Shown piece after piece: positions 16,873 to 26,413 of a stretch of 48,701 bases of DNA (within the stretch, counting starts at the first letter, position 1; the number at the start of each line of letters is the position of its first letter). The position numbers and the translations under genes are program-made. This DNA is from Kiritimatiellia bacterium (GTDB taxonomy: Bacteria > Verrucomicrobiota > Kiritimatiellia > RFP12 > UBA1067): positions 1 through 48,701 of the forward strand of contig JAHBAE010000089.1 of NCBI GenBank assembly GCA_018384485.1, in the 5' to 3' direction. The notes beneath the pieces were generated by a model. It was not told where the DNA came from, did not search any database, and saw only the letters and a program-made list of their open reading frames with translations.

Positions 16873-18090
16873 ATGCGCAGTTTATGTATTTCGGCGATTG
16901 GTGCGGTAGCAGTTGCATTTTCTGCTTCTGCGGAAATGATGGATCGCCCTGGCGGTTTTAGGATTGGTCAGAGGCTTACGATAAGGCCGTATGTTTCTTT
17001 TTCAGCGACTTACGACAGCAATGTCGGAAGTAATTCTGCTGAAGATGAAGATGTGATTTGGACCGTCAACCCAGGTCTTAATTTTGAATATCGCGCTGAC
17101 AGGTGGTATTTGCTCGGTTCCGGTTACTATTCCTTCAACGCGTATTCAAAAGATCACAAGTCCAACACAAGCGATTATCATAACTATGGTCAAACGCTTA
17201 CCTTCGGTTGGGATACATCTTCTAAAGAGGAGCGCGGTTGGTCATTAATTCTCAATGAGAGCTTTAGGCTTCTCAATGAGACTGATGATATCACTCTTAG
17301 CGACGGAAGCACCTATGGGCGCGATTCGCAGCAGTTTAACTTCACTGGAGTTCTTGAGCGCCGCATTACAGAGCACCTGCACGCAAGCGTGAACGCGGGG
17401 TATTATTGGCTTGATTACGACAATTCCAATTCCTCCGCTCCGATTTACGGATGGTCACGCTGGACTGGCGGTGCTGAAATTGGTTATGCCGCTTCCAAGT
17501 GGTTTGACATCCTTCTTGCCGCAAGCTATCAGGATTATTCTCAGGATAATACCAGAGGTTACGGTATTGGAAACGAATCGAATGGCACTACACTCCATAT
17601 TGGTTTCGGCTCCTATGCAACAGAGCGTATTTCATACAGGCTTCTCGCAGGTTGGACTCGCTTTGAGTATGCTGGCGGTGCCGATACATCCAACGGTATG
17701 ACATACTCCATCTCTGGAAAGTGGCAGATTGGCGAGACGTGGAACCTTGTGGCTCTCGCGGCAAGTTATTATCAGCCCTCCGAGCGCGAGTATGCTACGG
17801 TTCAACGCACGGATGCTCTCAGCTTTGGCGTTGCAAAGTCACTTATCCGTGGCAAGCTTAACGCAACTTTTGACGTATGCTATCGTCATGAAAGCAACAC
17901 CTACTCGGAGGACCCCGATCGTGACTACGATCTTGATATCCTCACCTTTAGAGGCGGGCTTAATTATTCGCTCAACAATTACATGACGATTTTCACGAGG
18001 GGTGAGTACCGTGATTCTATGAGCGATAAAAGCGGTTATTACGACTATGAGCGCTTCAGGGTTTCTGTTGGACTGCGTTTGACTTATTAA
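16873..18090 (+). CDS. outer-membrane beta-barrel protein associated with EPS export
   Basis: Signal peptide, YDSNV motif, alternating aromatic beta-strands and C-terminal VGLRLTY beta-signal. Confidence 0.85.
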   Translation: MRSLCISAIGAVAVAFSASAEMMDRPGGFRIGQRLTIRPYVSFSATYDSNVGSNSAEDEDVIWTVNPGLNFEYRADRWYLLGSGYYSFNAYSKDHKSNTSDYHNYGQTLTFGWDTSSKEERGWSLILNESFRLLNETDDITLSDGSTYGRDSQQFNFTGVLERRITEHLHASVNAGYYWLDYDNSNSSAPIYGWSRWTGGAEIGYAASKWFDILLAASYQDYSQDNTRGYGIGNESNGTTLHIGFGSYATERISYRLLAGWTRFEYAGGADTSNGMTYSISGKWQIGETWNLVALAASYYQPSEREYATVQRTDALSFGVAKSLIRGKLNATFDVCYRHESNTYSEDPDRDYDLDILTFRGGLNYSLNNYMTIFTRGEYRDSMSDKSGYYDYERFRVSVGLRLTY

Positions 18091-18091
18091 T

Positions 18092-19450
18092 GTGCAGAAG
18101 TTAATTTCAAAATATGCTCTTGCGGCGCATCTGGCCATTTTGGCGGTCGCGCCGCAGTTCTTTTCCCTTGGACCTGTTTTGTGCCTTGCGGCTCTCGCTT
18201 TTTGTTGGCTGATTTTCGAGCCTTCTCGCATAGGGGATGAGAGTTTACTGGCAGCCCGCAAGCGGGTTATCTCGTCTATTGTGGCCGACCCAGTGTTTTG
18301 GCTATCTGTTCTCGTTTTGGGCTTTTGTGTGATTCGCTTTTTTAACTCGGGAATTGGAATGGCGTTCGACGCCGAGGCGGGAACATGGCTCCTCTCTCAG
18401 CCTCCTTTCCCTTATTTGCCAGCTAGCGCTTCTCGCTGCGGTAGCGCAGAGTTGTCGGCGGCGGTCGCGTTGATGGTGGTTCTGCAAGGCTGCCGTAATG
18501 CTATGGGGCGTATGGCTCGCGCTGCATTTATGATTCTCTTTTCAGCCTTTACAGGCTTGGGAGCTCTCGTTAATTGCGTCCTTTTATCATCTGGTGTGGA
18601 GTCTGTTCGCATTTTTGCCGTCACGTCATTCACCAACCCTCAGTTTTTAGGCGTTTACTATGCGATGGGACTTTTCTGTGCCGTTTCTGGATTTTCAAAT
18701 GTCCTTCACTATCGCTGGTGTTCGTCCGTTATTTTAATAATAGTTGCAGTAGTTTCAAATGCCGCAGCACTTTTCGTCTTTGCTCCGCCAGCAGTTATAC
18801 TCGTCTTTGTCTCTGCAATTTTAGTGTTTGTTCTCTACACGATTGTTTGGCATTACATTAAAGGTAGCCATTCTCAGGGGTTAATATGTTTCGTCAGCAT
18901 GGTGGCTTTTATGGCTGGAGCGGTTGCTCTTGTTATGGTTGCGCTCCCGGAAGTTGTTATTTCGAAAAAATTGGCTCCCTTTTTCGGTGAGGCCGCCTTC
19001 TTGCCTGAGAATTTTAAGGCGCTTCATTCTCAGCTTTCGGAAGTTTCTCTTGCGGTATGGAAGAAGTGCCCGTGGCTTGGTGCAGGTCTTGGGACATTTG
19101 CCGATTCGATGAAGTTTGTCGCATCTTCCGAGTTCTGGAAAATTGTTCCTCCAGATCAAGCATCTCCATTATCTCTTCACTGGAAGGTTTTGGCTGAAAG
19201 AGGTGCAATCGGTGCGTTTATAATTTTTTCGTATCTCACTCTTCTTCTCTACACGTTTTTTAGGCGCTGGGGTGCAGCGATAAAAACTTTTCCTCAACCT
19301 TCGGCAATGGCGGGCTTCTTTCTTTTCTTTCCCGTAGCACTTGATTCGCTTTATGGTGTGTCAATGCTTTCTCCAGGCACAATGGTCGCTTTTTTCTCGA
19401 TACTGTCTATCTCGGCAAGTTCCTTTTCTAAGGTGAAGAATAATGGCTGA
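18092..19450 (+). CDS. polytopic membrane protein, O-antigen ligase/Wzy polymerase-like
   Basis: Many TM segments, PWLGAGLGTF and LAERG.IG motifs typical of Wzy_C, and EPS context. Confidence 0.72.
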   Translation: MQKLISKYALAAHLAILAVAPQFFSLGPVLCLAALAFCWLIFEPSRIGDESLLAARKRVISSIVADPVFWLSVLVLGFCVIRFFNSGIGMAFDAEAGTWLLSQPPFPYLPASASRCGSAELSAAVALMVVLQGCRNAMGRMARAAFMILFSAFTGLGALVNCVLLSSGVESVRIFAVTSFTNPQFLGVYYAMGLFCAVSGFSNVLHYRWCSSVILIIVAVVSNAAALFVFAPPAVILVFVSAILVFVLYTIVWHYIKGSHSQGLICFVSMVAFMAGAVALVMVALPEVVISKKLAPFFGEAAFLPENFKALHSQLSEVSLAVWKKCPWLGAGLGTFADSMKFVASSEFWKIVPPDQASPLSLHWKVLAERGAIGAFIIFSYLTLLLYTFFRRWGAAIKTFPQPSAMAGFFLFFPVALDSLYGVSMLSPGTMVAFFSILSISASSFSKVKNNG

Positions 19451-21821
19451 TAACCCCCTTTATTACGGAGGCTCCTCATCGCCTCTCTATTACGGCTCAT
19501 CCTCACGTGGCGGTCCTGCTTATCATTTTCAGGGCAATTACGGCGGATACGGTGCGTATGGCGCATACGGCTCTTATGGTGCGTACGGTTCTTATGGAAT
19601 GTATGGCTCAAACGGCCCTTCTGGGAATAATGGTGAGGAAGGTTCTTTAATAGGTTCTTTTTCTCTCTCCCGTATTATTCGTGTCGTTTCGCAGAGGTGG
19701 CTTTCAGTTTTCGTCTTTATTCTTATCGGGCTTATTGTAGCCTTTGCCGTATATCGCATTTCGCCGACCGTGTACGAGGCAAGTAGTGAAATCTCGCTCG
19801 ACTTGCGCCGTTCCTCTGGAGCTTCCAACTCAGCGCTGGACCAGGCAACGCCCGACTACGGAAGCAACTACGAAGAAATTTTCAATACTCGCAAGCCCGA
19901 TTGGACCTCGGAGAAGATTGTCGGCATGATTCTCAAGCAGTATAGGGCTGAAAATCCATCTTCCGTGACAACCGATGAGGAGCTTATAGAGATTCTTTCT
20001 ACTTCAGAGCTTGAAATAGTCCGCCGTTCGCGTCTTATACGAATTATCGTCCGCGCCCCTTCGCCTCGTCTTTGTGCGGCACTCGCCAATGCCTACGCAA
20101 AAGCGATTGACAAGTTTACGGAGGAGGAGAATAAGATTCGTTGCGATAAGGCCGTATCCCAGATTCATATCAACGTCACTAAGCAGCGCAAAGCGGCCGA
20201 TGAGGCGGCTAAGAAGCTTTACGATTTCAGGACTGCGAACAAAGTTGACAATCTTCGTTCTACGCGAGACACTCTTCAGCAGACGCTTCAGAAGGCAACG
20301 AGCGATATTCTTGCCTTGAGCACGGAAAAGACGCAGCTTGCAGAATGGGAGAAGATGCTTGCCCAAGTAAAAAAGGACCCAACGACATACGGGTCGCTTG
20401 CCGTAAATGTGCCGCGCGCCCAGGAAATCGCTGCTGAATTTAAAAGCTATCAAGATGCAGAGGGCGATTATCAAAAACTTCTTTTTGCTTATACGGAGAA
20501 TCATCCGGAAGTTCTTGAAAAGAAAAAAGCCGCGGAACTTCTGAAGCAACGGTTTATTGATGCCGCCGCCCGAGCGTTGCTTACCGGCCGTTCCACTTTG
20601 CAGGTTGTTAGCAATCAGCTTGCCGTTCTCGAGGTCAGGCAGAAAGAACTTCGTAATGAACTGAGCACCGTCGCGGATAGGATCGTTCTTGCCGAATCTG
20701 GTTTGGAATCGCTCGAACGTGATGCTGAAGCGCAGAATCGAGTTCTTACAGATCTTCTTCTTGAGGAGAATAAAGCCCGCATAGAGGCCCAGTCAAATAA
20801 CGAAATCGTGCGCGTTGGAAGGCGTGCTACTGAGCCGGAGAAACCCATTCTTCCGGATCCTCTGCTTATTTTCGGCGCAGGTGCGTTTTTGTCCATCTCA
20901 TTAGGTGTTCTCTTTGTCCTTGTCATGGACAACCTTGAAGATACGGTTGTTAATCTCTCCGATATCGAAGGTCGCTTATCTCTTAGGGTTCTCGCCGTAT
21001 TCCCTCATGTTCAGAGGAAAAAGCGTGAGGAAGTGGCAAAAGTTCTTGTGGAAGATAGGTATTCTCAGTTCGCGGAAGCTGTTGCAGGTCTTCGAAACCT
21101 TCTTGATTCTCCGCGTTACGAGCCTCTTTCCCACTGCTTACTCGTTATTTCAACGCAGCCCGGTGAAGGCAAGTCGATCACATCCACTTCAATAGCCATT
21201 GCTTATGCGCAGTCGGGAAGACGTACTCTTCATGTCGACTTCGATATGCGCCGCCCACAGCTTGCGCGTATTTGGGGAGTTGATATAGATGAATCGCGAA
21301 GCCTTTCTCATACTCTTCAAAATGCAACCAAGGATATGCCAGATTTTGCTTCTCTCGTCAATAAAACGAATGTCGATAATCTTGATGTTATAGTATCTGC
21401 CGCTCCCAACGGAGTATCCCCCGCAACGATTTTCGGCTCGTCGGTAGTTTCACAATTCTTTGAATGGGCAAGAAGAAATTATGACAGAATAATCGTCGAT
21501 TCGCCGCCGTATGGTCTTGTCGGAGACGTTCTTTCCCTTGCGGCGATGGTGGATTCCGTCATGATAATGTGCTGTCCCGATCGCACGCGTTTTAAACCTA
21601 TTCAGCATTGTTCCCGCTGTTTGACTGAAATGGGCGCGAATATTATCGGTGTTGTCGTCAACGATATTGATGTTGCTTCTGCCTCTGTGTTTTCACCGAT
21701 TGAAAAAGGCCGCCGTCGCTACGGATACGGTTCTTATTACTACAGCCAGAAGAAGGTTGGGCGTGCAGATGAAGATGCGGAACTTTCAGGCGAATCGAAG
21801 GATTTCAGCGATGAAGAATAA
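19443..21821 (+). CDS. wzc: polysaccharide co-polymerase/tyrosine autokinase (Wzc-like BY-kinase)
   Basis: Two TMs flanking a coiled-coil periplasmic region, STQPGEGKS (Walker A), VDFDMRRP (A'), IIVDSPP (B) and a C-terminal YGYGSYYY cluster. Confidence 0.93.
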   Translation: MADNPLYYGGSSSPLYYGSSSRGGPAYHFQGNYGGYGAYGAYGSYGAYGSYGMYGSNGPSGNNGEEGSLIGSFSLSRIIRVVSQRWLSVFVFILIGLIVAFAVYRISPTVYEASSEISLDLRRSSGASNSALDQATPDYGSNYEEIFNTRKPDWTSEKIVGMILKQYRAENPSSVTTDEELIEILSTSELEIVRRSRLIRIIVRAPSPRLCAALANAYAKAIDKFTEEENKIRCDKAVSQIHINVTKQRKAADEAAKKLYDFRTANKVDNLRSTRDTLQQTLQKATSDILALSTEKTQLAEWEKMLAQVKKDPTTYGSLAVNVPRAQEIAAEFKSYQDAEGDYQKLLFAYTENHPEVLEKKKAAELLKQRFIDAAARALLTGRSTLQVVSNQLAVLEVRQKELRNELSTVADRIVLAESGLESLERDAEAQNRVLTDLLLEENKARIEAQSNNEIVRVGRRATEPEKPILPDPLLIFGAGAFLSISLGVLFVLVMDNLEDTVVNLSDIEGRLSLRVLAVFPHVQRKKREEVAKVLVEDRYSQFAEAVAGLRNLLDSPRYEPLSHCLLVISTQPGEGKSITSTSIAIAYAQSGRRTLHVDFDMRRPQLARIWGVDIDESRSLSHTLQNATKDMPDFASLVNKTNVDNLDVIVSAAPNGVSPATIFGSSVVSQFFEWARRNYDRIIVDSPPYGLVGDVLSLAAMVDSVMIMCCPDRTRFKPIQHCSRCLTEMGANIIGVVVNDIDVASASVFSPIEKGRRRYGYGSYYYSQKKVGRADEDAELSGESKDFSDEE
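19539..19610 (+). repeat. 8 x 9-bp TAYGGNNNN coding tandem repeat, (YGx)8
   Basis: tacggcgga tacggtgcg tatggcgca tacggctct tatggtgcg tacggttct tatggaatg tatggctca. Confidence 0.9.
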
Positions 21822-22899
21822 AAGATGCATTGTAACTGGCGGCTGCGGCTTTATAGGCTCCGCCTTAGTTCGTCATCTTGTCAATGATCTTGGCTCGAAG
21901 GTTTTTGTAATAGATAAATTGACTTATGCTGGCGTTCCTGAGTCTCTTGCCGAGGCTGGGTTTGACGCTTCAAATCTTCCGCAGCGAGGGCGCATCAGTA
22001 TTTCCGAGAAGGGGGTCAGCCTTTTGATTGCCGACATCTGCGACACCGAGATGATGTCCTGTGCCTTCCGTGAATTTCGCCCCGACACAATTTTTCACCT
22101 TGCGGCTGAAAGTCACGTAGATCGTTCAATTGACGCTCCTGCGGAGTTTGTTCGCACGAATGTAGAGGGGACGGCAAGCCTGCTGCAAGTAGCGCACGAG
22201 TGGTGGCGTGAAAACCCCTCATTCGTTTTTCAACACATCTCAACTGATGAGGTGTACGGCTCGCTCGGCAAAGAAGGGCTCTTCACTGAGAACACGCCTT
22301 ATGCTCCTCATTCGCCTTATTCCGCGTCGAAGGCTGCGAGCGATCATCTTGTGCGCGCGTGGCATGATACGTACGGTTTGCCGGTGAGGATCACTAACTG
22401 TTCCAACAATTACGGCCCCTACCATTTCCCTGAAAAGCTCATTCCCCTCGTTATTCTCAACTGTCTTGAAGGGAAGAGTATCCCTGTATACGGTTCTGGC
22501 GCAAACGTGCGCGATTGGCTTTATGTTGATGATCATGTAAAGGCGCTTTGTCTCGTCAACGAGAAAGGCAGAGACGGCGAGACTTATAATGTGGGCGGAA
22601 GAAATGAGCGGACGAATCTTGAGGTTGTAAAAACAGTCTGCTCTATTTTAGACGAGCTTAGGCCGCGTGAGGATAAAACGGCGTACGAATCGCTTATAAC
22701 TTATGTTAAAGACAGGCCAGGGCACGATATGCGCTACGCGATTGACCCTACGAAATTGATGGATGAGCTTGGATGGAGGCCGCAAGAGAATTTCGACACT
22801 GGCATTCGCAAAACTGTGCAATGGTATCTTGCGAATGAATGGTGGTGGAGGCCGATAAGAGATAAGCGTTACAGCGGGGAACGCCTGGGCAGGGGGTAA
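21811..22899 (+). CDS. rfbB: dTDP-glucose 4,6-dehydratase
   Basis: [36 protein letters not shown] and YSASK. The likely start is ATG 21811, overlapping the wzc end. Confidence 0.97.
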   Translation: MKNKRCIVTGGCGFIGSALVRHLVNDLGSKVFVIDKLTYAGVPESLAEAGFDASNLPQRGRISISEKGVSLLIADICDTEMMSCAFREFRPDTIFHLAAESHVDRSIDAPAEFVRTNVEGTASLLQVAHEWWRENPSFVFQHISTDEVYGSLGKEGLFTENTPYAPHSPYSASKAASDHLVRAWHDTYGLPVRITNCSNNYGPYHFPEKLIPLVILNCLEGKSIPVYGSGANVRDWLYVDDHVKALCLVNEKGRDGETYNVGGRNERTNLEVVKTVCSILDELRPREDKTAYESLITYVKDRPGHDMRYAIDPTKLMDELGWRPQENFDTGIRKTVQWYLANEWWWRPIRDKRYSGERLGRG

Positions 22900-22903
22900 T
22901 GTT

Positions 22904-23827
22904 TTGCCTGTCCTCGTGGTCCTTGCCGCCGTTCTGGCCTTGACTCGCGCTGAAATAATAGCGAGGATGAAGGCTCCTGTATTTACCATGGCGCAGGGAT
23001 TGGTCAGAGTGTATGCGGATTGCCCAGAGGATATGCGCAAGACGTACCACATGCCTATGGCGCGCTTTTCCTCCGATATGGCAGAGCTTCTCTACAGAGG
23101 TGCGCGTATAAAGCCCGTAAGATTCCAAAAGCCAGGTATTATTATTCACGTAGGTTCCGTGCGCACAAATTTAAACGAAGTTGCGGTAAGAGTTGAAACT
23201 AACGGTTCGCGCGTCGTCACTCACCTGTACGCAAGAGCTCCCCATTATGTTGATGTAAGAAAACTGAGAGTTGAGTTTGCCAGGGCTTTTATGCGATGCG
23301 TCCTCGGGAAGGATGCGGGTGAGGCTGAATCTACAGCGCTTCTTCAGGCGGCAGACCCTCGCTTCAGAATTAAAGAGGAGCGCGAGAAACTTGAAAATTG
23401 GTTGAAAGGCAAGGGCTCGCTTGATGATGAAGAGGCCTTTACTTTAATGCGAAAGGTGCTTGAGCCGGGCAAAGCGTCAAAGAGAGATATTCTTGTTTTC
23501 GCTTCACGTCTTTTCCTTTATCCTGATACGCTCGATAGACCCTTTGCGGGAGAAGTTGGCTGCGTTTCGTTTCGCGATGCCGTAAAACTTGCAAGGGTTG
23601 ATCCTCGTGTTCGTTTCGCGGCATTTTTAAAATCGAGGGAGCTGCCTGTCTTCGGCGGCGGACGCGGGAGAGAGCTTTCTGAATCTGCAGATGTGTACGC
23701 GCGTTTTCTGAAGGAATTGACTCGCGGGAAAATGAGCGACGATGAGCTTTATGCATTGCTTGATAAAGCCGACGCGCTTTTGAACGAGGCGGATCGTTTA
23801 GCGGTTTCAATAGAAGAAACAAAATAA
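22904..23827 (+). CDS. hypothetical protein, probably exported
   Basis: 307-aa ORF in operon position with a short hydrophobic N-terminus. Start codon uncertain (TTG). Confidence 0.7.
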   Translation: MPVLVVLAAVLALTRAEIIARMKAPVFTMAQGLVRVYADCPEDMRKTYHMPMARFSSDMAELLYRGARIKPVRFQKPGIIIHVGSVRTNLNEVAVRVETNGSRVVTHLYARAPHYVDVRKLRVEFARAFMRCVLGKDAGEAESTALLQAADPRFRIKEEREKLENWLKGKGSLDDEEAFTLMRKVLEPGKASKRDILVFASRLFLYPDTLDRPFAGEVGCVSFRDAVKLARVDPRVRFAAFLKSRELPVFGGGRGRELSESADVYARFLKELTRGKMSDDELYALLDKADALLNEADRLAVSIEETK

Positions 23828-23836
23828 AGGAGAAAA

Positions 23837-26326
23837 ATGACTATGCAAAAGTATGCTTCAATCGCGTTGTCGGCCTGTATTTGCGCCGGATGCGCATTGA
23901 AAACAGATAGCAACAGTCCTTCGAAAGAAAACGAAGGCGCGCCTAAAGTTATTCGGATAAATCCGTCATGGAAGCCGATACGCGATATCTCCGCCTCAAC
24001 CTGCGCGCCTATTGTGGGATATGCCGGGTCTTTGGAAGGTGATGATTGTAAAACGTATTTTGAGACTGATCGTGAAGATACGGCAAGAGCGTTTCGTCTT
24101 TCAGGTGCGCGTTTCGTCCGTCAGTGGGATGCCGTCAGGCACTGGCAGTTCGGAGCGGGCGCCGACGCTTCGCATATAAATGGAACTCCCTGGAATGGGC
24201 CTGCCGCCGCGTTTACCGCTATCTCGTATGAAAACGGAACAGACATGAAGAATGTCTTTTCCTTCTACAAGGAATACGGCATCAAGGTGATGCTTACGCT
24301 TGAGAACTACAGCGTTTACACTAACGATTACACGAACGGAGAAATTGACTTTAAAACTTACACCCGCATGAGCGACAAGTCAAAAATCTTCGGTCGCACG
24401 AGAGATATTAAGTATGTCAAGAAGGTCATCTGCGACTATGTCCGCTGGATTGTTGAGAACGATTTCACCGGGGTCGTAGGAGGGTTGGAGCTCGGCAACG
24501 AGCCGTACGGAATGCCGGTAAACAAGGCTGAGGAATATGCCGAGAGGTGGACGGTTATCGTCAACGAGATTAAGAAGATTTGGCCAAAGGCCCCGATAGG
24601 CATTGCCATCGGCGAATACTTCGAGAACGATCCCGATATCGCCGCTATTCGCAACCGTGCATTGAGTGCGAATCCTCTTCGGAGAACCACATATTTCTCC
24701 GCAGGCGAGTTTAATCGCTGGAGCGCGCGCTACATCATCGCCATGTCAAACTGCATCGACAACATCTCCCATATAATCTACCATACTTACGGCGCCGAGC
24801 GTCCTTTTTCAGCTACTTATGATGGGCTTATCCGTTACAGGAGATTCAATAAGGCATTCCCGGAACTTGGTAACAAGCCGATGTGGATCACCGAATGGCG
24901 CGATCGTTCCGATGAAGACAATTGGTCACATCAGCGTTTTCGTGATACGCTCACAAAAACTGGCTATATGATGATGATGGTAGCTCAACCCGACATCGAG
25001 TGCATGAATCTGCATCAGTTCACTTCGCTCTCTGGCGCTTTCCACGCTGCGGTAAAAGGCAAGAAGCAAGCCGATGGGACTTATGCAGACGGCACATGGA
25101 GTTGTCATTGGGATGGTCACTGCTCATGGAGAACCAATTTCGACGACATTCACAAAACGTATCTTGAAACAGGCATGATGGGGCCTGCGATGCGTCTTAT
25201 GGCGGAGTCGTTCAGGCGCGAACCGCTCGTCATCGATTTCGGCAGCGAGAAGCACGGAGCTCTTTCCGAGGGTTGCTCGAATGCGGTGTACGCGTGTTCT
25301 GAATATTACGAGGACTTCACATCACGCTTCCGTATGGAACTCAGTCGCGGCAAATCATGGAACGAAATCGCTCCTTCAGGCAGCGACTGCGAATATATAG
25401 TCACCGTCAACAAGCAGCGCTCGTACATGACGTTCCTTGCGGTCAACTATAAGAACAAGGAAACGAAGTTTGAACTTCGTATGCCTCACGGTTGGGGTGT
25501 AAACCCGTACGAGTACCGCGTCTACGATTGCCCTGAGAAATATCTTGATGTCCATGAAGTTCCCGGCGAGCCGCGCTTCACCCGCAGGTACGGTTATCAG
25601 ACTCTCAACCACTACAGTAGTGTAAGAGCCGGGGCAGGTCCTGTTATCCTCACGATTCCTGCAAATTCCGTAACTGCCGTTCGTATCCCTATCAAGAAGC
25701 TGCACACAAGTGCGTTCCTTGGAGAAGAAATCGCCAAGGCTCGTCTTTTGAATAAAGGCGATGTACAGTTCTGCGCGATAAAATATGGCCGTATTACAGC
25801 GGAAGCTGGCACTCCGGAGGCTCTCTTCCCGATGGGTGATGTTGCCGATGCGATCGCAGCCGCGGGCGAAGTTTCTAGTGTGATCGTGAAAAGCGGTTAT
25901 ACCAACGATGTTGTTTGCCTCTCGCCTGAGACATCGGAAAAAACTATCGCCAGAATCAAGGGCGTTGAAAAACCTGTTGCAGGAGAGGTATACGCTTCAG
26001 CACGCGGCGCCGCTTCAATTATAAGTTCACTTACAGGATTGAACAAGAAGATCGCAAGGAAGAAGGGCGAAAAAGTCACTCTTCCCGATCTTACTGCGTT
26101 CCGTTTCAAGGAAGTTGCCAAGGGGGCATATATGATTGAGGATGATTCCGGAGTTTTCCGCGCTTACTGCGAGCCTGCCGAAGGGCTTGTAGCGTCTTTT
26201 GCCTGCACATTTGAGAATAAAGACGAAGGAGATAAACTCTTTGGCATAATGCTTAAGAGCTGCGGAGTTCGTACATTTGAAACGGAAGTTGATGAATTCG
26301 CATCTCTTCCCGCCTCTATGCGTTGA
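23837..26326 (+). CDS. lipoprotein glycoside hydrolase, clan GH-A (GH39/51/79-like), with an extra C-terminal domain
   Basis: Lipobox CAGC, acid/base LELGNEPY, nucleophile MWITEW, and a beta-sandwich ending LTIPANSVT. AAGGAG SD. Confidence 0.75.
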   Translation: MTMQKYASIALSACICAGCALKTDSNSPSKENEGAPKVIRINPSWKPIRDISASTCAPIVGYAGSLEGDDCKTYFETDREDTARAFRLSGARFVRQWDAVRHWQFGAGADASHINGTPWNGPAAAFTAISYENGTDMKNVFSFYKEYGIKVMLTLENYSVYTNDYTNGEIDFKTYTRMSDKSKIFGRTRDIKYVKKVICDYVRWIVENDFTGVVGGLELGNEPYGMPVNKAEEYAERWTVIVNEIKKIWPKAPIGIAIGEYFENDPDIAAIRNRALSANPLRRTTYFSAGEFNRWSARYIIAMSNCIDNISHIIYHTYGAERPFSATYDGLIRYRRFNKAFPELGNKPMWITEWRDRSDEDNWSHQRFRDTLTKTGYMMMMVAQPDIECMNLHQFTSLSGAFHAAVKGKKQADGTYADGTWSCHWDGHCSWRTNFDDIHKTYLETGMMGPAMRLMAESFRREPLVIDFGSEKHGALSEGCSNAVYACSEYYEDFTSRFRMELSRGKSWNEIAPSGSDCEYIVTVNKQRSYMTFLAVNYKNKETKFELRMPHGWGVNPYEYRVYDCPEKYLDVHEVPGEPRFTRRYGYQTLNHYSSVRAGAGPVILTIPANSVTAVRIPIKKLHTSAFLGEEIAKARLLNKGDVQFCAIKYGRITAEAGTPEALFPMGDVADAIAAAGEVSSVIVKSGYTNDVVCLSPETSEKTIARIKGVEKPVAGEVYASARGAASIISSLTGLNKKIARKKGEKVTLPDLTAFRFKEVAKGAYMIEDDSGVFRAYCEPAEGLVASFACTFENKDEGDKLFGIMLKSCGVRTFETEVDEFASLPASMR

Positions 26327-26354
26327 TAAAAAAGCGCGCGATAAAATAAAGGAA

Positions 26355-26397
26355 AAAAAAGAGAAGCCGCAGTTCATCACTGCGGCTTCTCTTTTTT
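26355..26397. terminator. bidirectional intrinsic terminator
   Basis: AAAAAAGAGAAGCCGCAGT-TCATC-ACTGCGGCTTCTCTTTTTT between convergent genes. Confidence 0.92.
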
Positions 26398-26413
26398 CTT
26401 TTTCGTTCTACCT

